Below are positions 57,357 through 64,000 of a DNA stretch of 64,000 bases, one piece after another (positions within the stretch are counted from its first letter, which is position 1; each line of letters starts with the position of its first letter). The DNA lies in assembly GCA_041659805.1 (NCBI GenBank), contig JBAZXP010000001.1, positions 704,589 through 768,588 on the forward strand, in the 5' to 3' direction. A program made the translations under genes and the position numbers. The stretch comes from Microgenomates group bacterium. Its GTDB lineage: Bacteria > Patescibacteriota > Microgenomatia > Daviesbacterales > UBA10151. The notes beneath the pieces were generated by a model. The model saw only the letters and a program-made list of their open reading frames with translations. It ran no database searches and was not told the origin of the DNA.

Positions 57357-57830
57357 TTAATAAGACTTTCTATTGCGTCCTCTGTGAGTTGTTTTTAGAC
57401 TATGGCAATTTGGACACAAGATTCTAAGATTTTCTAATCTATTATCCTGACTAATACCATTAATATGATCCAACTCTAATGGTATTCTACCATCTATTGA
57501 GCATTCTGCCCACCCACATTCTTCACATTCCTCTTTTTTTAGATTCGTCTGAAATAATCTTCTTTTTAGCTTATAGCTCTGGAAATCACTATTAGCAACC
57601 AGAATATTCTTCAAAGGGATTCTAGGTAAATACCGTCCACTGAATCCTTTATTCCAGCCTTTCCCAGTAAAATGGTCTACATTAATTTTTAGGTTAATAA
57701 GGTGCTTTTTGATTTGTTTATAGTTTCCACCTGCTGGCTTCAAGCCAAGAATAATTAATACGTTTCTTATGCTCCTAGATTGTATAACAGCTCCTTTTAA
57801 TTCTAATTCCGTCCACTTCCTTTGCCTCAT
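57357..57830 (-). CDS. HNH endonuclease
   Basis: CEECG...LELDHING...DNRLENLRILCPNCHS. Confidence 0.9.
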   Translation of the reverse strand: MRQRKWTELELKGAVIQSRSIRNVLIILGLKPAGGNYKQIKKHLINLKINVDHFTGKGWNKGFSGRYLPRIPLKNILVANSDFQSYKLKRRLFQTNLKKEECEECGWAECSIDGRIPLELDHINGISQDNRLENLRILCPNCHSLKTTHRGRNRKSY

Positions 57831-57951
57831 TTTATAATATTAGCATAGGGTAAACGTGTTGCCAATTAAAATCTTATGTGTAAGCCCATTACTATTTAAT
57901 ACTTTGTAGCGTATTGTACTAGGCATATGCTGTTGATAAAATACAAAAGTA

Positions 57952-58881
57952 ATGATTAAGCTTCAAAAAATTTTAAAAATAAAGCTCCCATTTAAACTAT
58001 GGCTTTTGGTACTTGTTATCCTCGGATTTTTAACTGTGCTTCTCTTGTCTAACGTTTTTGTAACATTCAAACAAGAAAAGAATGTAATATCAAACAATTC
58101 TAAAACATTAAAACAAACTGAATCCTCTTCTGTATCTGTAAAAAACACATCAACACCCACCATAAAAAGAACTTCACAAGCTCTGGTTCCTGTTTTTTCA
58201 GGTAATCAGATTAAAGTTCCAGTTCTTTATTATCATTATGTTGGAAATAACCCTAATAGTGCAGATTTACAACGGGATGTATTGTCTATTTCACCTGATA
58301 AATTTGCTGAGCAAATGAAATATTTAAAAGACAATGAGTATACTACTATTTCATATGACACTTTATATGCAGCATTTGGAAACCCAGCTATTTTACCCAG
58401 CAAGCCGATTATCTTAACTTTTGATGATGGTTATATAGATTTCTATTACAATGCTTATAACATAATAAGGGTGAATGGTCTTAGCGCTACAGTCTTTATT
58501 CCTACAGGTTTGGTAGGCGAACCTTCGTATTTAACTTGGGCAATGATTCAGGAAATGTACTCTTCAGGATCTATTCATTTCGGAGCCCATTCAGTGCATC
58601 ATTATCATTTGGCCTCACTTTCGCCTGAGGCTGCCTTAAAAGAATTAACTGAGAGCAAAAAAGATTTGCAGGACCGCCTTGGGATTAATATAAATTACAT
58701 GGCATACCCTTATGGTGAAACAAGCTCTGGGCTCGTAAGTTTGGTTCAAAAAGCAGGGTATGTTGGTGCAATCGGAACATGGTCAAATAAAATTCAGTCA
58801 CAAGGAACAATCTATAATTCCCCAAGGCTCAGGATTAGTGGTTTAATCGACATTAATTCTTTTGCTTCGCTTCTCCAGTGA
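57952..58881 (+). CDS. membrane-anchored polysaccharide deacetylase (CE4)
   Basis: PVLYYH, LTFDDGY, GAHSVHH, AYPYG. Confidence 0.9.
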   Translation: MIKLQKILKIKLPFKLWLLVLVILGFLTVLLLSNVFVTFKQEKNVISNNSKTLKQTESSSVSVKNTSTPTIKRTSQALVPVFSGNQIKVPVLYYHYVGNNPNSADLQRDVLSISPDKFAEQMKYLKDNEYTTISYDTLYAAFGNPAILPSKPIILTFDDGYIDFYYNAYNIIRVNGLSATVFIPTGLVGEPSYLTWAMIQEMYSSGSIHFGAHSVHHYHLASLSPEAALKELTESKKDLQDRLGININYMAYPYGETSSGLVSLVQKAGYVGAIGTWSNKIQSQGTIYNSPRLRISGLIDINSFASLLQ

Positions 58882-58897
58882 TCATTTATAATAAATT

Positions 58898-60613
58898 GTG
58901 AACTTTTTAAGAAAAAAATTATTTTGGATTTCATTTATTTTACTTTTATTTTATTCCTTATCTATTTTTTACCGCTCTGATAGCTCTTTTGACCAGGATT
59001 TAGGAAGACATTTGAGACTAGGAGAAATTATTGTTAATACCCTGGAAGTTCCGAAAATCAATCTATTTTCATATACAAATCCGGATTTTCCCTTTATCAA
59101 TCATCATTTTTTATTCGGAGTGATATTGTATATCTGGTCTATTTTTTTTAGTCTACAGTCGTTTCTTTATATAAAAATATTGATTTTGTTAACGGCTGTC
59201 TCGCTAACCTTATTAAACTTTAGAAAAACAAATTCATTTTTATTTATGCCACTGGGTTACTTATTCTTACATGTTTTGCGGGAAAGAACAGACCTTAGGC
59301 CTGAAATATTTAGTTTTCTTTTTACCGCACTCACATTATTCATTTTAGAAAAATTTTACACAAATAAATCAAAGCTTATTTTTTTTCTGCCGTTAATACA
59401 ACTTTTTTGGGTGAATTTTCATATATATTTTTTCCTTGGTTTTGTTTTGCAGGGAATTTATTTAATTGACCTGTTTATTTCTAAGGAATTTCAGAAATTT
59501 AAAAATCTTTTGTGGGTTTTAGGTATCTCTATTTATGCAAGTCTATTTAATCCGAATGGTATCTCCGGATTTTTTTACCCTTTAAGCGTTTTTGGAAATT
59601 ACGGTTATACGATTGCAGAAAATCAGAATATTTTTTTACTGGAAAGTATAAACTTTGTTGATCACAATTTCCTTTTTGTTAAAGTGTGTGCAATTTTTAT
59701 TATAATTTCATGTTTCATCACCTTATTAAAAAACCCTTTCAGTATTAAAAATAATCTCATTGTAGTTTTAGGCTTAGGTATGGCGCTTATAAATATCCGC
59801 AGTTTTCCTTATCTTTTCTTTATATCATTTCCGTTTGTACTAACTACTTTTAAGAAAATAAACAAAACGGTTTACGCTTTGATAATTGTTTCTTCTGTTT
59901 TACTTATTTTTGAATCCTTAATGTATCTAAGCGGGGAGTATTACAAAAAGATTGATGCACCAATCAAGTCTGGCTTAGTACTTGAAGAAAACGCTAAAAG
60001 CGCGATGAATTTTATTTTAGATAAGAATTTGCCCCAACCTATATATAATAATTTTGATATCGGTAGTTACATTATTTATAGAAGCTATCCCAGATTTAAG
60101 GTTTTTGTAGACGGCAGACCAGAAAGTTATCCTGCAGACTTTTTTACTAAGGTTTACATACCTTCACAATCTGATTATGCTACCTTTAAAGATTTAGAAA
60201 ACTATTATAAATTTCAAACTACTATTTTTTCGATTACTGATCAAACTCCTTGGGGACGGAATTTTCTAAAAAATATTTTAAGTGATAAGGACTGGTCGAC
60301 AATATATTTAGACGATTTTATTATTGTACTTATAAAAAATAAAGAGTTGCAGAATCCGAGACTTACTTCTATTAACTTGGAAAACCTTTCGCCTGAAAAA
60401 TATAATTTTAGTAACTATTTTTCTTATTTAAGGTTGAGTTATTTTTTATATAATTGCGGTTATTTTCAATCTTCAAAGACTTTTTCTGAAAAAGCCTTAT
60501 CTATGTATCCCGACAGTAGGATTGCAAACTCTTTAATGTTCTATTTCGAATCTTTGGAAAACAAAGGCAACTCAGATTACTTCCTAAAATCGGAAAATAA
60601 TCTTTGGTGGTAA
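58898..60613 (+). CDS. GT-C-like polytopic membrane protein
   Basis: DQDLGRHLRLG, RPEIFS, WVNFH, NPNG, FVDGRPE. Confidence 0.7.
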   Translation: MNFLRKKLFWISFILLLFYSLSIFYRSDSSFDQDLGRHLRLGEIIVNTLEVPKINLFSYTNPDFPFINHHFLFGVILYIWSIFFSLQSFLYIKILILLTAVSLTLLNFRKTNSFLFMPLGYLFLHVLRERTDLRPEIFSFLFTALTLFILEKFYTNKSKLIFFLPLIQLFWVNFHIYFFLGFVLQGIYLIDLFISKEFQKFKNLLWVLGISIYASLFNPNGISGFFYPLSVFGNYGYTIAENQNIFLLESINFVDHNFLFVKVCAIFIIISCFITLLKNPFSIKNNLIVVLGLGMALINIRSFPYLFFISFPFVLTTFKKINKTVYALIIVSSVLLIFESLMYLSGEYYKKIDAPIKSGLVLEENAKSAMNFILDKNLPQPIYNNFDIGSYIIYRSYPRFKVFVDGRPESYPADFFTKVYIPSQSDYATFKDLENYYKFQTTIFSITDQTPWGRNFLKNILSDKDWSTIYLDDFIIVLIKNKELQNPRLTSINLENLSPEKYNFSNYFSYLRLSYFLYNCGYFQSSKTFSEKALSMYPDSRIANSLMFYFESLENKGNSDYFLKSENNLWW

Positions 60614-60614
60614 A

Positions 60615-62045
60615 TTAAGGGTTTTTTCTTTGATCGCGCGGCTTTAACTCTACCACAACTCCTTGATATTGCTCGGGGCCGCCAATTTGTGTAAGTTTTG
60701 AATAATTTAGCTTAAAATAATTAAGAACCAGATCTTCTCTAGAATAACTAAAAGAACCATTATAAATAATAAAATCAGAGTCATTTAACATCTCTAGAAA
60801 TGTGTTACGTTCAATATAAGATTGTGGAAATCTAATCAATTTATTATTTTTTCTGTCTAAAAATGCATAATACGGATCAGGGATGGCTGATGTGAAGACT
60901 GATTTGCTATCAGGGATCAGTTGCCTGATCTCTGTTATATATTGTTGATACGAATACTTCTCTCCGCCTTCTATTCTCAAAATATCAATGTGAAGTTTCA
61001 GATTAGACAAAAAAATTGTAAAACACAATAAAATTAGGCTGATGACTTTGAATTTATTCTGAGAGGATTTTGAGATTTGCCACAACGAATAATAGCTTTC
61101 GAGTAGGATGTATAAGGCTAATATAGCTAAAGGGACTAGATAGACTGCGTACCAGAAGTCCTTATTTAAAATTAGAATAATCCAAGAGAGTACCAAAGGA
61201 AAAGCAATTATAAATAATTCTAATTTTTTCCGAAGATACGCAAAGACAGTAAAAAGAATGGTAGCTAAGCTTAATGAAAAATAAATCAATTTAAATTCAA
61301 TTGGTTTTGAGCGAAAAACTGTTATAATCCAGCTCTCCTGATTGCCGGAAATCTGTAAACGAGCAAATATGCTTGTAAGAGTTGGCATTACCCTAAGTAG
61401 TAAAAAAATGAACAATGCAAAAAAGCATATTGCAAATAAAACTACTAGTTTCTTATTTTTAATTGATTGTTTCCTGTAGAAAATAAAACCAGTCACCGAA
61501 CTCGTCAGTAGATAAATTAAACCATTCGCGTGAAAGAGAAAGGCTAGTACTGCGGAAATAAAACTAAACGCAAAAAAAATTAGTTTATTCGATTTTTTGG
61601 AAATAAAAAGATACAAAAGATATATTGAGCTTAGCCCAAAAAGCAGAGTGAATATTTCAGGTCTTCCAATTCTGGTGGATTGAAGAAATGCGAAATCGGT
61701 GACCAATAAAATTAAGGGTGCTATTCGAAAAGTACTCTTTTTTAAAAAAAATTTGGATAGTGAATGTACTAAAAAGCCAAAGATAATCATGGTAACGATT
61801 CCAGAAAGCATTGATAGCATTCTTTGTGCCTCTATAGAAACTCCAAAAATCCTAAACCAATTGAAAAGTAAAGCTGTATAAATGGATGGGTAAATGTGAT
61901 AAGCGTCTAATAGATTCCCATTGAATAAATTAATTACATATATTAGTGAAGGTTCATCAGGCCAAACAGGAGGCTCTTTTAAAAAAAGATCAAAGGTTAT
62001 TAAAAAAGAAAGGAAAAAGGTGAGGACTAATAAAATATTTTTCAC
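60615..62045 (-). CDS. ArnT/PMT-like (GT-C) glycosyltransferase
   Basis: PVWPDE, R..S, GRPE; many TM. Confidence 0.7.
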   Translation of the reverse strand: MKNILLVLTFFLSFLITFDLFLKEPPVWPDEPSLIYVINLFNGNLLDAYHIYPSIYTALLFNWFRIFGVSIEAQRMLSMLSGIVTMIIFGFLVHSLSKFFLKKSTFRIAPLILLVTDFAFLQSTRIGRPEIFTLLFGLSSIYLLYLFISKKSNKLIFFAFSFISAVLAFLFHANGLIYLLTSSVTGFIFYRKQSIKNKKLVVLFAICFFALFIFLLLRVMPTLTSIFARLQISGNQESWIITVFRSKPIEFKLIYFSLSLATILFTVFAYLRKKLELFIIAFPLVLSWIILILNKDFWYAVYLVPLAILALYILLESYYSLWQISKSSQNKFKVISLILLCFTIFLSNLKLHIDILRIEGGEKYSYQQYITEIRQLIPDSKSVFTSAIPDPYYAFLDRKNNKLIRFPQSYIERNTFLEMLNDSDFIIYNGSFSYSREDLVLNYFKLNYSKLTQIGGPEQYQGVVVELKPRDQRKNP

Positions 62046-62066
62046 TGGTATATCATATACTAAAAT

Positions 62067-63773
62067 ATGACAAAAAGAGGATATATATTTCTTATAATTA
62101 TTATCGGGCTTGTAGTATTTGCAAACGCTTTATTTAACGGCTTTGTTTGGGATGATGAGGAGCAGATTTTAAATAACGTATTAGTACATTCTTTTTCAAA
62201 TTTTTTTAGCTTTTTTTCTGGTAGTACTTTTAATACAGGTGGGTCTGGAACTTTGGGCGGTCTTTACTACAAACCTTTAATGACTGCTGCTTTTTCTCTA
62301 ATCTACACGTTTTTCGGTACGAGTGCCTTCTTCTTTCATTTATTTCAAATCTTGCTGCATATTACGAACGCGATATTTGTTTTTTTGATTTTTAGAGTTA
62401 TTTTTCAGGTGAAGAGTTCGAATTCAATTTCTTTTATTCTGGCCGTAATTTTCTTAATTCATCCTATTAATGTTGAGGCGGTCTCGTATATTTCGTGTCT
62501 TCAGGATATATTGTTTTTCTTTTTTGGCATTATTGCTTTTTGGCTTATTGTTACAAAAAGAATAGTTTCTATCAGAAGTCATGTCTTATTATTTGGATTA
62601 ATGCTTAGTTCTCTGCTTTCAAAGGAGACTGGAATACTTTTTATATTGGTGGATACATTATATGTTTTTTTGTTTTCAAGAAAACAATTAAAAAATATTT
62701 TAATTACTGCTTTTTTATCTGTATCGGCCTATTCTTTTTTACGATTTGTTATTGCCGGTATTTTCTTTAACAAACATGGGCTTACTCCGATATCAACATT
62801 ACCTTTTTTTGAAAGGCTGCTCAGCGTACCTAAAATTAGTATCTTTTATTTTAAGACCTTTTTTTATCCAAACGATTTAGCAATTAGTCAGCATTGGGTA
62901 GTCCGTTCTTTAAGTCTTTCAGATTTTTATCTGCCGCTTAGTTTATCTATAATTATCTTGGGCTTATTCGGAATAATGCTTTATATATTTTATTCAAAAA
63001 AAAGCGATTTTTTCAAAACCTATATTTTTTTTCTTATATGGTTTTTAGCAGGGATGATCATGCATATCCAAATAGTGTTTCCACTGGACATGACTGTTTC
63101 AGAGCGATGGTTTTATTTTCCAATGACTGGTCTTTTGGGGTTAATAAGTGTAATATTTTTGCAAATCAAATTAAATAAGCTTACTAAAAAAGTTCTTGTA
63201 GTTCTTTTAATTTTGCTTTTACTTTTATTAAGCTTTAGAACAATCATTAGAAATGGAGACTGGAAAGATGGGCTGACTTTATATAGTCATGATGTTTTAT
63301 TTTCCACCAATACCTTTGATATTGAAAATAATTTTGGTGTCGAACTTTTTAGAGCCGGTAGGTTTGAAGAAGCTGGAAAACATTTTGAAGCCTCGACTAA
63401 AATTGCACCGAATTGGTGGACCAACTGGAATAATTTGGGGGCTGTAGAGGAGAGAAACGGTAATCTGGAAAATGCAAAAAAATATTATCAAAAAGCTATT
63501 GATAATGGGCGGTATTATTTGGCTTATCAAAATCTTGCTAAAATTTATTTAATTAAAGATGGGCCTGAAAAATCAAAGGTTTTTTGCGAAGAGTCTTTAA
63601 AAAGCTTGCCTAACAATGCAGAACTTTGGGCTATATTGGCAATTTCTGAATACAAGCTTAATGACCACGACAAAGCAGTTAAGGCTGCCCAAAATGCTTA
63701 TACATTGGAGCAAAGTCAACAAAATGCGTATGTTTATAGTAGGCTTATGCAAAACCTGCCACTGGAAAATTAA
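62067..63773 (+). CDS. TMTC-like O-mannosyltransferase with TPR repeats
   Basis: FVWDD, YYKPL, HPINVEAVSYIS, SKE, ERWFYFP, RNGDWKD, TPRs. Confidence 0.8.
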   Translation: MTKRGYIFLIIIIGLVVFANALFNGFVWDDEEQILNNVLVHSFSNFFSFFSGSTFNTGGSGTLGGLYYKPLMTAAFSLIYTFFGTSAFFFHLFQILLHITNAIFVFLIFRVIFQVKSSNSISFILAVIFLIHPINVEAVSYISCLQDILFFFFGIIAFWLIVTKRIVSIRSHVLLFGLMLSSLLSKETGILFILVDTLYVFLFSRKQLKNILITAFLSVSAYSFLRFVIAGIFFNKHGLTPISTLPFFERLLSVPKISIFYFKTFFYPNDLAISQHWVVRSLSLSDFYLPLSLSIIILGLFGIMLYIFYSKKSDFFKTYIFFLIWFLAGMIMHIQIVFPLDMTVSERWFYFPMTGLLGLISVIFLQIKLNKLTKKVLVVLLILLLLLLSFRTIIRNGDWKDGLTLYSHDVLFSTNTFDIENNFGVELFRAGRFEEAGKHFEASTKIAPNWWTNWNNLGAVEERNGNLENAKKYYQKAIDNGRYYLAYQNLAKIYLIKDGPEKSKVFCEESLKSLPNNAELWAILAISEYKLNDHDKAVKAAQNAYTLEQSQQNAYVYSRLMQNLPLEN

Positions 63774-63794
63774 TGAGTTTGTTATACTTTAAAG

Positions 63795-64000
63795 ATGACT
63801 AAAAAAATAATACTGATTATGCTTTTATTCTTATCTCTCGCTTTCTATCTTAACCGAAGTTATTCAATGATTTATAACCGCAACTTAGTTCCTGATTTAA
63901 CAAGCTTTTGGATGCGTCCTATTACATTCACTAATCCAAATTTTCAGAATTCAGTTAAATATGTGTCAGTTGGTGATAGTTTGACTGTCGGTATAGGAAC
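63795..64000 (+). CDS. SGNH/GDSL hydrolase, partial
   Basis: N-terminal TM then YVSVGDSLTVGIG at window end. Confidence 0.75.
   Translation, partial: MTKKIILIMLLFLSLAFYLNRSYSMIYNRNLVPDLTSFWMRPITFTNPNFQNSVKYVSVGDSLTVGIG

Noticed and set aside
1-64000. TGA recoding (genetic code 25)
   Set aside because: Conserved genes are full length under code 11 and some, such as purA and dinB, end at TGA.

Overview
Low-GC, compact bacterial chromosome segment (genetic code 11). Leaderless-type promoters, many ORFans, a sortase and GT-C genes suggest Patescibacteria/CPR, Microgenomates-like (inference). It holds 7 tRNA genes, a leuA with a leucine attenuator, purA, dus, dinB, an ABC-F, and a ~31-kb conjugative element (23361-54536) integrated at the 3' end of tRNA-Arg(TCT). 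The element carries VirB4/VirB6/pilin, a coupling protein, a Replic_Relax-like protein and a 16-kb Cu/Zn module. Main finding: the att site lies inside the large serine recombinase (LSR) gene. Integrated, its C-terminus is read from the antisense tRNA. Excised, it would gain a different 38-aa tail from the far end, whose stop overlaps the start of a PLD gene. Homologous start-less tails, each followed by a copy of the tRNA 3' end, punctuate an array of 0-1-gene mini-cassettes behind tRNA-Gly. Two of these tails differ mostly at synonymous sites. Also seen: two paralogous candidate sRNAs, a CTATAG box next to the -35 of ORFan promoters, an OmpR-type metal regulon box and tRNA 5'-end duplications with REP-like hairpins. 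All calls come from reading motifs by eye; no searches were run.
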